64,000 bases of DNA, from positions 3,906,001-3,970,000 of the forward strand of contig CAKKNE010000004.1 in assembly GCA_918797485.1 (NCBI GenBank). Direction: 5' to 3'. Below, one piece after another: positions 1 through 9,015 of this stretch. Positions within the stretch are counted from its first letter, which is position 1; every line of letters starts with the position of its first letter. The translations under genes were made by a program, and so were the position numbers. This DNA comes from Pelagomonas calceolata (taxonomy: Eukaryota). The notes under the pieces were generated by a model. The model was not told the DNA's origin. It was given only the letters and a program-made list of their open reading frames with translations, and ran no database searches.

Positions 1-108
1 GCAGTTTGCATTCGCAGCTCCTAGCTGGTGCGCCTAGGCTCTGTCCGAGCGGCACCAGGCGTCACCCTGGCGAGCCAACGCCGCGGCGCCGCCGCACAGA
101 ACACGGCC

Positions 109-1053
109 ATGGCCGAGGAGGGCCGCGCGAGCCCGCCGACGAACGCCATCGGCGGCTGGAATCCGTTGGACAGCTCCGAGCTGCCGTCGTGGGACTCGAT
201 CGCGTCGGCGACGCAGCGCGGTCTCGACGCGGCCGCCGCGCGCGCGGCCGAAGCTAAACAGAAGTCGCTGGAGCTGACCGCGACGGCGCGCGAGAACTTG
301 TCTCCGCACCTCGCGAAGCTCGACGAGGCGACGGCGTCGGCGCGGACGCGGATCGCCGAGGACGCCTCGAACCTCGGGCGGCAGCTCTCGACAGCCTTCA
401 CGCCACCTGCACAAGACGTGGAGAACCCTACCGTGGAGGACGAGAGCGGCGAGCAACCGGCGTCGTGGTGGGCCTCGCAGCCGCCGCAGGAAGGCGAGGA
501 AAACGCGTCTCTGTTAGATAAAATGTCGTCCTTCGCGTCGGAGACGGGCAACAAATTGGCCGGGTCCTTCAAGGACGCGACGGAGGACCGCCAGGAGTGC
601 GGCCTGACGCGGACGCAGCGGTTCCGGTGGTACGTCATCCTGTTAGGTGTTTCCACGCTGTTCTTCGGGCTGGCCTTGCAGTTCATCCCTTTGGCCGTCA
701 TCAAACCGACGAAATTTGCGAGTGCGTTCTGCATCGGCACGATCTGCTCCGTGGCAGCAAAATTTATGCTCAATGGACCGAGGACGCAACTGCGGCTCAT
801 GGTCGAGTGGCGCAAGCTGCCCTACTCGCTGGCGCTCGTCGCGTCGACGCTGCTTACTTTATATGCGTGCTTCGTGCTCGGCAACTTTTTCCTGGTCGTC
901 GTCGCGTCGGCGTCGCAAGTTTGTGCATTACTGTACTACCTGTTCGGTGACACGCCGGGCGGCATCGCCGGCGTGAAGTTTCTGGGGAGGGTCATCGTGA
1001 AGACTTTTAGATTGATCCTGTCGCCGTGTATTGCTGCACTAAATGGTGATTGA
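109..1053 (+). CDS. Got1/Sft2-family vesicle transport membrane protein
   Basis: First ATG at 109; C-terminal four hydrophobic helices with LTRTQRF...F, KPTKFASAFCIG and FMLNGPRTQLRLM typical of SFT2. Confidence 0.8.
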   Translation: MAEEGRASPPTNAIGGWNPLDSSELPSWDSIASATQRGLDAAAARAAEAKQKSLELTATARENLSPHLAKLDEATASARTRIAEDASNLGRQLSTAFTPPAQDVENPTVEDESGEQPASWWASQPPQEGEENASLLDKMSSFASETGNKLAGSFKDATEDRQECGLTRTQRFRWYVILLGVSTLFFGLALQFIPLAVIKPTKFASAFCIGTICSVAAKFMLNGPRTQLRLMVEWRKLPYSLALVASTLLTLYACFVLGNFFLVVVASASQVCALLYYLFGDTPGGIAGVKFLGRVIVKTFRLILSPCIAALNGD

Positions 1054-1075
1054 TATATTATACTTCTACGTAGTA

Positions 1076-1692
1076 TTAAGCCTGAGACCTGAAATCAGGT
1101 TCCTCCCCATACCTGTTACGGAGGTCGATGGTATAGCGAATCATCCGTGCGAACGTGATATGGACTTTGAAACTCTCTATCGCCGGGTGTGCCGGGCCCA
1201 GAATCCTCTTCGCCGCCTGGGCGTTATCTTTGAGTATAGCCACAGCCTCTACAATATCGCCTCGGGAAGAGACTGGGTTTCTATAGATGGCCTGACCGAG
1301 GCTCAAGTAGAGCCTTAGGGTCACTTCGTGGGCAGAACCGAGCACGCGCTCCACCAGTGGTAGATGCGCGCGCAGCAAGGACTCCACCTCCACAAATTGA
1401 CGTTGAAGGAGAAGTGAGTCCGTTAATCCGTTGAGTGCGGAGCCAGTCCGTATTGCATCGGATCTACTGAAACGAGCGTAATGTGCCTCACCGTAAAGCT
1501 CCTCCGTCATCGTAAAGGTCTCGCGATGCATTTTCAGGGCTTCGGCATCTCGGCGCAACAGAGAGAGACAGAACGCGATATTTGTGCGCGACTGCACTCT
1601 GTCGAGCAGTAGCGAGTCTCACATCGCACACAAGATGGGATGTCGTCGTGGGTTAGTGGCGCGGCGCACGCTGCACAATGGAGGAGGTCCAT
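1076..1692 (-). pseudogene. Degenerate MYND-zinc-finger/TPR gene
   Basis: ATG 1692 gives CAAC...CVRC..RYCSTEC (partial MYND) in one frame; kinesin-light-chain-like TPRs (RVLGSAHEVTL, RILGPAHP) lie in another frame (1076-1597); join is out of frame near 1590. Confidence 0.6.
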
Positions 1693-1848
1693 CTCAGACT
1701 GGTACTGGGATAAATGGGCGATCAGACCGCGAGCAAAAGCGATCGAGTCGTCCTGTAAAACCCGTTTTAATCGCGCACACGCGACGCGCGCAATGCTCTG
1801 CTCGGCACCGTAACACAGAAAAATACTACTCGTCACAATTTATACAAG

Positions 1849-2970
1849 TCACCGTGGTAAGCGGATCGTTTCGAGCGCAGCCGCGGGGTCGTCGCTCTCG
1901 AGGGCCTCGAGCATCTTCGTCATCAACGCCTTCTGGCCGATTCGATAGGTCAGCGCGTGGAAGAGCCGTACCGATTCCACCCGCCACTCTCCGTAGCCTA
2001 CCTCCAACGTCGTCGACTCGGACAACATCGCTCGGTCTTCCGCAAGCGTCGTCGGCGCGGCCGCCAGTGACGCCTGGAGAAGCTCGCGGAACCGCGTGGC
2101 GCCGAGGTCGTCGAGGGCGCAGGTGTCCGCGAGGGTCGAGTCGAGGATGAGATCGTCGCCTAGGTTGATCTCCTCGTAGCAAGGCTGGCCCCCCAGCGCC
2201 TCGGCGAACCCGTAGTCCAGTAGGAGCTTCTCGTTGCCCTCGTAGCGATAACAGATGGTCACCTCGTCGCCCTCTTTGAGGTCCCGGGGCGCGGCGAGCG
2301 TCACCGCTCGTGCCGATGGGTCGAGACCAACGGGCTCAACTTCTCCAAGATCCGGCGTGCGGTGATTGGCGAGGTCCAAAAGGGGCACAAGTGCCATCAT
2401 TGCCGGCGAGTCGAGGTCTCCCAGAGAGTTAAAGCCACCGTCATCGAACAGGAGCGCGCGGGACCGCACCATGCGTTCGGCCCAGCGCACGTCGGCCTCC
2501 GTGCCCTTCGTCCAGGGTAGGATGCGCGCCGTTGACTCGTCGAGGAACGGCAGCATGCCCCGCGCGTCATCCGAAAGTCTCAGCGACTGCAGCTCGGCGA
2601 GCTCGGCGTCCGACCAGTCACAAAGCAAGGGCTCGTCGCTCGGAAGCGTCGCGATGTAGGGCTCATGCTCGCCGCGCGTCCGCGATCCGACGAGGCGCGC
2701 CGTCGTGAGCTCGCGCAGCGAGAGGCCCCACTGCGGGTCCTCGTCCGCGGCAATACAACACGCTTCCGGGACGCTGAGCAGCAGCGTGCCTTTGGGCGCG
2801 TCTTTCGTGGTGTAGAGGCCGCGGACGCCGTCTCGTTTTTCCACGGCGACGTCGCCGATAAAGCCACCTTCCGTCTTTACCCACGCCGCGAGTGCGTGTT
2901 CAGGCGTACCCGTCGGCGCGAAAGCGCTTGCATAAGCGGTCAGCAGTATGAAACCTTGCAACATGATCAT
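1849..2970 (-). CDS. SET-domain (Rubisco LSMT-like) lysine methyltransferase, plastid-targeted
   Basis: RGLYTT, VRSRA, ALVPLLDLANH, LLLDYGF motifs; N-terminus MIMLQGFILLTAYASAFAP is a signal peptide with ASAFAP motif. Confidence 0.85.
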   Translation of the reverse strand: MIMLQGFILLTAYASAFAPTGTPEHALAAWVKTEGGFIGDVAVEKRDGVRGLYTTKDAPKGTLLLSVPEACCIAADEDPQWGLSLRELTTARLVGSRTRGEHEPYIATLPSDEPLLCDWSDAELAELQSLRLSDDARGMLPFLDESTARILPWTKGTEADVRWAERMVRSRALLFDDGGFNSLGDLDSPAMMALVPLLDLANHRTPDLGEVEPVGLDPSARAVTLAAPRDLKEGDEVTICYRYEGNEKLLLDYGFAEALGGQPCYEEINLGDDLILDSTLADTCALDDLGATRFRELLQASLAAAPTTLAEDRAMLSESTTLEVGYGEWRVESVRLFHALTYRIGQKALMTKMLEALESDDPAAALETIRLPR

Positions 2971-3183
2971 CCGAACGACTGCAGGCGCCGCTGCGGCCGT
3001 AGCGGAGCACTCGCGGGCGCTGCCAGCCTTTGTGGCAGCGCAGTCACGCCGCTCTCCCAGCCTCGCTGAACTGCTTCGGCGCACTCGCACAGCTATTGAA
3101 TCAATCAAATGCGATCAATTTCGACCGCTGCTGGCGGCAGCTTTGCGGTTTGCCCTGTCTGCCCTGCAGCCCTCGAGCCTCGG

Positions 3184-3205
3184 CTAGTGTCTTACAGCAC
3201 GCTAG
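3184..3205. promoter_or_regulatory. Putative CTAG-dyad upstream motif
   Basis: CTAGTGTCTTAC-N6-CTAG between divergent genes. Confidence 0.55.
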
Positions 3206-3386
3206 TCGCACTCCTCGGCGGCTCGGCCGCGCCCGCATATTCAGCCGCTAACGCACGCCATCCGACGCGCACGGTGTCTAATACTTGCCTGACAGCGCTG
3301 TCGACCGCTGTGCGCCGCCAAGCGCCTGCAGCTAGACGAGAGGTAGGCTGCCGATTGCTGCCTCCGACGGATAAGAGAGGCGCGCC

Positions 3387-4445
3387 ATGGACCCGCCGGA
3401 GGTACGGGAATATGCGGCGCGGTGCTTCAGGTCCTGCGACGGCAACCGCAAGCGCAGAGCTATGCAGCGGAAGCTGGACGCCATTATCTCTCGCGCGCTG
3501 GCGGACGGACGCCTGCGGACCATCGACTGGGCGTTGGAGCCGACGCTGACCCTCGACCCGCGGGAGGTTGCGCGGGAGAGTTTGAGAGATGCGTGCATGG
3601 GCTCTCATTTCGCCAACGAAGACGCTGTCGACGTGGCCCGGCGTGCGCTTGATTTGGGCGTTCCAATTGATGATGCTTTAGATGAAAACTCACTTTCGCA
3701 AGACTCACTTTCGCCACTGTCTCTCGCTGTTTATAACCGTGAGATCGAAGTCGCGAATTTTCTCTTGGACCGCGGCGCCAGAGCGACCTCTGAAGCGCTT
3801 GTCTGGGCTTGCCAACTTCGCGGTGGTCAGGAGTGTCCTTTAGAGCTCGTTGAACGTCTCCTTAAGGCGGGCGCTGACCTTCGAGAGGGTGGGGCAAATT
3901 TTGTTGGAGGTGGTGACAAATTTACACCGCTCTACTTTGCTGTCGAACATCTTGGCCCACCCCGTGGTAACGTTCCCCTTGCCCGACTTCTGCTCGACTA
4001 CGGCGCACCCGTCGACCTAGGAAAAGTCGACGCGTCAAAATTTGCAAAAGCCGGCTGCGGGGGCTTACAGACGCCGCTTTATAAGGCGTGCCAGTATGGC
4101 GAAGTTGCCATGACCAGGTTACTACTCGCACGAGGTGCTGGTTGGGACAAGTTGACTCATTCCGACCCTGACTGCGCCAAATGGGCGACGCCACTCCTAC
4201 GTGTGCGTCTTCACGCCAACACACAAGTACTGGGGCAACACCAGTCGAATTTACGTCAACTGAACGTCCTCTTCGACGACTTCCTGGCGCACTACTGGAC
4301 GCTCCGCGTGGCGCTCCGCCTCTTCGGCCGGCGCGAAAACCACGCCTCGGGCCCGCAGCGCATGGTTCTCGGCGACGCGTACCTGCCGAACAAGATCGGC
4401 GCCTTTGTTGTTGGAGACGGCATCCTTGTGAAGAAAAAGAAGTAA
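3387..4445 (+). CDS. Ankyrin-repeat protein with N-terminal LENG8/THP3-like helical module
   Basis: SPLSLAV..FLLDRGA, TPLYFAV..LLLDYGA, TPLYKAC..LLLARGA repeats; N-terminal VREYAARCF...DGRLRTIDWALEP. Confidence 0.8.
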   Translation: MDPPEVREYAARCFRSCDGNRKRRAMQRKLDAIISRALADGRLRTIDWALEPTLTLDPREVARESLRDACMGSHFANEDAVDVARRALDLGVPIDDALDENSLSQDSLSPLSLAVYNREIEVANFLLDRGARATSEALVWACQLRGGQECPLELVERLLKAGADLREGGANFVGGGDKFTPLYFAVEHLGPPRGNVPLARLLLDYGAPVDLGKVDASKFAKAGCGGLQTPLYKACQYGEVAMTRLLLARGAGWDKLTHSDPDCAKWATPLLRVRLHANTQVLGQHQSNLRQLNVLFDDFLAHYWTLRVALRLFGRRENHASGPQRMVLGDAYLPNKIGAFVVGDGILVKKKK

Positions 4446-4587
4446 TACTGTTAAGATCTCGTCGCGACACCTGGGGCATGGGCCGCTCCTTCACGCGGCA
4501 CGTCTCGAAGCGCGCCAGCTCCGGGAAGTTTATCTTCTTAGCTTACACACTGGCACACTACTTGGGGGAGGGAGCGGACGAACTCAA

Positions 4588-5352
4588 CTAGTCCTCGAGC
4601 AGACGGTTCGCCGCGTACTTGTAGTCGAGGTCCGCGTACGCCATGTCGTTGAAGTCGCGCATCATGGCCTTCGTGCCGATCGAGATGAGGCGCACGTTCG
4701 CACGGTCGACGGTCGTGCCGACGCCCCACGCCTCGTCGAGCTCCTCCTTGAGCAGCTCCGGCGTGACGCGGCCGCGGCGGCAGCCGTCGCGGTCTTCCCG
4801 CGAGAGCACGTGGACGACCTCGAAGCGCTCATCCGCCTTGAGCCGCTCGAGCTCGTCGAGCCAGAAGCAGTCGCCCCAGGTCTTCGTCGCCCAGATCAAC
4901 TTGACGCGTTTCACGTCCGAATGAGTGAGTTGGGCGGTGGCGACGGGCAGCACCTCCGTTATGCCCACGCCAAACGCCACCATGCCAATGTGCGTGCCGC
5001 CGTCGTTGCGGCGCTTGCCACCCTTCGCGAAGCACTGGATCTCGTCACCAATACTTAGGGACTCGAGGTAGCCGCTGCACTTGCCGCCCGGGTAGTACTT
5101 ATAGGTGATGTCGAACTCGCCGTCGCCCTGGCGCGACATGGAGTAGCTCTTCGGTTTGTAGTTTGGAACGACCACCTTCACCACATCCCCGCACGCGATG
5201 CGACACGGCATCCGCTCGCCGCCGGGATCCGCGAACGTCAGCGTGTAGACGGGAAGACGATCCCACCACTGCGCGTCGTCGCCGCGCACGGCTTCCACTT
5301 GGCAAACTTTGCGCAGAAATTTTGCCGGCTTAGCGCTGGCCCTACTCATCAT
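4588..5352 (-). CDS. FAD/NAD(P)H oxidoreductase, cytochrome b5 reductase/FNR-like
   Basis: KSYSM, KYYPGGKCSGYL, IGMVAFGVGIT, GRVT motifs. Confidence 0.8.
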   Translation of the reverse strand: MMSRASAKPAKFLRKVCQVEAVRGDDAQWWDRLPVYTLTFADPGGERMPCRIACGDVVKVVVPNYKPKSYSMSRQGDGEFDITYKYYPGGKCSGYLESLSIGDEIQCFAKGGKRRNDGGTHIGMVAFGVGITEVLPVATAQLTHSDVKRVKLIWATKTWGDCFWLDELERLKADERFEVVHVLSREDRDGCRRGRVTPELLKEELDEAWGVGTTVDRANVRLISIGTKAMMRDFNDMAYADLDYKYAANRLLED

Positions 5353-5644
5353 GAAGCCCGCGGCTCTGCGGATGGAGGACGTGATGGTTGCTGCAGTGTG
5401 TCAGAGAGGCAGAGTGCTCTCAGGACGTATACAGCTCGAGAACTGCAGTTTTAATGGCAGCAGCATTCGCACGTGTCGCGGCGACTGTAGAGCAAGGACG
5501 CACTTTGTCTTAATGCACGCGTGTGGTAGCCGCGTCGAGTGGCACACGCGCGGAGCATGCTGCTAGTGCCTTACCGGCCGCTAGCGATGCTGTTGCGGGG
5601 CGCCAAACGCCATCGAAGCGGCGCATTTTAGTCTTCTTACTCGC

Positions 5645-6823
5645 CTACGACGGCGGCACGACGACGTGCGTCCACCCGTCCTCGTCGGGCGCGTCGCCCC
5701 GCTGGATGTCGGTCAGCCTCGTGTACAAGTCGAGGCACGTCGGCCCCGGCTCCGTGTTATGTTGCAACTCATATTCCGAACCACCCCTTGCTATCGAACC
5801 AACGGGCGTCAACACGACAGCAGTCCCACAAGCGGCGACCTCCGAGAACTTTCCGGAAGCGATCTCGTCGAAGGCCACGGGCCGCCGTTCGGTCGTCATG
5901 CCCGACCGCTCCGCGAGCTTCATCAATGAATCGTTCGTGATGGACGGTAGAATCGCGTCGGACTGCGGTGTCACGTATTTCCCCGTCTCGCCACAGATAC
6001 CGACAAAGTTCGAGGTGCTGAATTCCTCCACATATGTCCTGGACCCCGCGTCCAAGTAGAGCCCGATGGGGTAGCCACTTTGTTTCGCTTCCGTGTTCGG
6101 CTTGAGGTCGGGGGCGTAGTTTCCTGCGAGCTTGACAGACCCGACGCCTCTCGGAGCGGCGCGGTCGTACTCCTCGACGACACAGGCCTTGACGGGCTTG
6201 CCGAGGCCGCCCTTGTAGTAATCGCCGACCGGAGTAGCGAGTACGAGGAAGTCGTAGGCGTCGGAGGGCTGCAACCCTATTCTCGGGCCGGCGCCGTACA
6301 GCAGTGGTCTGACATACAAAGCGCCTCCAGAACCATACGGAGGCACGTAGTCCAAATTTTCTCGCACGACGCGCGCGCAGGCCTCGACGAACAACGCCTC
6401 GTCGGGCGCCTCCATCAATGTGCGAGCAGCCCCTCGCGCCATGCGAGCCGCGTTCGCCGTCGGTCGGAATAATCTTACCGAACCATCTTTGCACGCGAAG
6501 GCCTTGAGACCCTCGAACAAAGACTGGCCGTAGTGTAAAGCCGTCGCGCCGATTGACACGGGTACCGTGGCGTCCAAGCCGGCGGGCTCCAGCGCGCCGC
6601 CGTCCCATTCACCGTTTCTGTATCTGTAGTGCACAAACGACCGCGTCGGCCGGTACTCGAAGCCGATGTTCGGCCAATCTAAATTCTGGGCGCCGACCTC
6701 GAGGGAGGGCGGTGCCACAGTCGCGGTCATGGCGACCGTGGCGCGGCGGGGCCTCGCGCGCGAAGGCGTGGGTGCCAGCGCATGTGCGCATAGTGCGCTT
6801 GTTGCTACGAATAGCCTGGCCAT
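5645..6823 (-). CDS. ilvE: Branched-chain amino acid aminotransferase, probably plastid-targeted
   Basis: LHYGQSLFEGLKAF, LYVRP, KLAGNY (PLP lysine), ILPSIT, ACGTAVVLTPV; N-terminal signal plus transit-like peptide from ATG 6823. Confidence 0.93.
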   Translation of the reverse strand: MARLFVATSALCAHALAPTPSRARPRRATVAMTATVAPPSLEVGAQNLDWPNIGFEYRPTRSFVHYRYRNGEWDGGALEPAGLDATVPVSIGATALHYGQSLFEGLKAFACKDGSVRLFRPTANAARMARGAARTLMEAPDEALFVEACARVVRENLDYVPPYGSGGALYVRPLLYGAGPRIGLQPSDAYDFLVLATPVGDYYKGGLGKPVKACVVEEYDRAAPRGVGSVKLAGNYAPDLKPNTEAKQSGYPIGLYLDAGSRTYVEEFSTSNFVGICGETGKYVTPQSDAILPSITNDSLMKLAERSGMTTERRPVAFDEIASGKFSEVAACGTAVVLTPVGSIARGGSEYELQHNTEPGPTCLDLYTRLTDIQRGDAPDEDGWTHVVVPPS

Positions 6824-7223
6824 CTTGTTGGTTGCTAGTCGCGTCGGCAGGCGTCTCAGCTGCTGCACACCTGGCGAGACCTTGTAAATAAGCTGTCAGG
6901 GCTTGCGAAGTGCCGCTTTTTTTTGCGGTCACGAAAGAGGGTGATAAGTGCAGCTATCTGAGCGCGTTGAGGCAACCTGGACTGGCTCACCGGCCTTGTA
7001 TAGGCTGCACACACTCGACAGCAATGTCCACGCTGTCTCGAAGTAGGGGGTCAGCGTCCAGGACGACGCGGCGATGGCGTGGCGTCCACACACACGCCTT
7101 CGACGCGGGCGAGAGCGCTAGGTGCAAATTTTTGGCCTAGAGGCCCGCAACGACGGGCGCGGCCCGCGGACGTGAGCAGCAGGCGTAGAAGCTACGTAGA
7201 AGCAAATTAAAATACACATAAGG

Positions 7224-7727
7224 TTACCTCCACGGCGTCGCCGTGACGCTAGGTTTGCGCCGAAACCTCCGCGGCTCATCGCGCAAAGCAGCAACTTCCG
7301 GCGGCAGCGACCCATCCCGCCGCGCCATTTCGCGGTTGAGCGCCACGGTCTCCGCCGCGAGCGCCTCCAGCTCGGCTTCAATTTTCGCCGACTCCGCGGC
7401 CTCGGCGCGTTGCCTGGCTTCGAGCCGTGCGGCCAATGCCCTCCGCTCGGCCTTGAGCGCCTCGTATTCGTCCATGAGTCGCGCGACCGCGGCGTCGTCG
7501 TCAGCCGGATGCGCCGGTGGCGCGGCAGGTGGCGTAGCCTCACGGACCCTAGTCGGCGGCGACGCGCCGTCCGCGCCGTCCGCGCCGCCCCCGAGCACCT
7601 CGTTCCACGCGGTAGAGTGCGGCGTCGTGGGCTGCTCTTCACGCGGCCCCGGAGGCGGCGGTGGTGGCACTTGTCGATCGCTATCGGTGCTGTCGCCGTC
7701 GCTGGCATCCGCTGCCGTCGGCTCCAT
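7224..7727 (-). CDS. Hypothetical protein with coiled coil
   Basis: 167-aa ATG-started ORF with host-like codon use; Pro-rich then heptad-like segment. Confidence 0.5.
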   Translation of the reverse strand: MEPTAADASDGDSTDSDRQVPPPPPPGPREEQPTTPHSTAWNEVLGGGADGADGASPPTRVREATPPAAPPAHPADDDAAVARLMDEYEALKAERRALAARLEARQRAEAAESAKIEAELEALAAETVALNREMARRDGSLPPEVAALRDEPRRFRRKPSVTATPWR

Positions 7728-8071
7728 CCTCGGTTCTCGGGGCAGGGCCTGCCCTTCACAAGCTTATATGGTGTCGAGAGCCTCGGGGCAGCCTGATTTC
7801 ACTTCGAACAGCTCCCAGTGGTACCTTAGGTCAGCGATTGCAGTGATAACCTGCTTTTACAGCTGGACTGCGCTGCATATCGGGATCCCTAGTATGTTTG
7901 TAACGCTAACAAGGCCCCTCGTCTTGGTTTGTCACCATAACTCTGCGCATTCGTGCCCTCGGGCTAAAAGAGTAAGCGCAGAACCTTTCCTAGACCTGAG
8001 CGGTCCACGCAATCCAGTTCTCACAGCTGAAAAAACGCTGCACCGGGTAGAACAAACACTCCACAGGAGCC

Positions 8072-8860
8072 ATGCGTGCAAAACCCAAAAACGAACCGCT
8101 CGCGGACCGCCGACGACTCTTACCCCAAACGTCCGGCGCGCGCCAGGCGCCGCGCTACGCGACCGACCCGCAGAACGACGCCACCGCGCTCAAAACAAAA
8201 AGCAAGCCGCAGTTCGACTCGTTACGAGGCGGATTACAGATCGAGGCGGCGCCGACGCCCGCGCCGCTGCTCCTGGAAGGATCATCGGAGGACTGGAAGT
8301 ACGAGATCACGCCGTACGAACCCGGCGACTGCCGGCCCGTCGTCTTCTTCGACATAGCGGTGGGCGACCAGGCGCTGGGGCGGATTGAAATAATGCTGCA
8401 CGACGACGTCTGCCCGAAGACCTGCGAGAACTTTCGGTGTCTGTGCACGGGCGAGCGGGGAGACTATGTGGAGGGCTCCCGAAGGACGCCGCTCTGGTAC
8501 AAGGGCGCGCGGTTCCACCGCGTGATTCCCGACTTCATGGCCCAGGGCGGCGACCTGGAGAAGCACAACGGGAGTGGTAAGGGCGTCTGCATTTATGGCC
8601 GGACCTTCGCGGACGAGGAGGCATCGCTCGCGTTTGATAGTCCTGGAGTCGTGGCGATGGCGGCGACAAAGGGCCAGGACGCGAATGGCTGCCAGTTCTT
8701 CGTATCACTGGGCGAGGCGCCCTGGCTGGACGGCAAGCACGTCGCCTTCGGGCGCGTGTCGGCCGGCCTGGACGTGCTGCGGGCGATCGAGGAGCGGGGC
8801 TCGGCGCACGGCCGGACGCGTGGGGTGGTTGTCGTTTCGAACTGTGGGCAGCTCCAATAG
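8072..8860 (+). CDS. Cyclophilin-type peptidyl-prolyl isomerase
   Basis: VFFDI, CPKTCENFRCLCTGE, FHRVIPDFMAQGGD, WLDGKHVAFGRV. Confidence 0.95.
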   Translation: MRAKPKNEPLADRRRLLPQTSGARQAPRYATDPQNDATALKTKSKPQFDSLRGGLQIEAAPTPAPLLLEGSSEDWKYEITPYEPGDCRPVVFFDIAVGDQALGRIEIMLHDDVCPKTCENFRCLCTGERGDYVEGSRRTPLWYKGARFHRVIPDFMAQGGDLEKHNGSGKGVCIYGRTFADEEASLAFDSPGVVAMAATKGQDANGCQFFVSLGEAPWLDGKHVAFGRVSAGLDVLRAIEERGSAHGRTRGVVVVSNCGQLQ

Positions 8861-9015
8861 TTTGTTAAGATCTGTAGTTTTGGACCTAGCTGCAAGACAC
8901 TAGCAAGTAGGCAGCTGAAGCTGATGAGGCGGCGCTGCGAGCACAGATGCATTGAATTGTAGCGCAGATAGCTGCATCTGAGCCGTCTCTCGCGCCTTGG
9001 CCAGCGCCCGCACTG

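Noticed and set aside
7243..8388. Long antisense or alternative-frame ORFs (also 11814-13061, 28290-29177, 30932-32098)
   Set aside because: Shadow ORFs expected in high-GC sequence; they overlap better-supported genes and lack motifs
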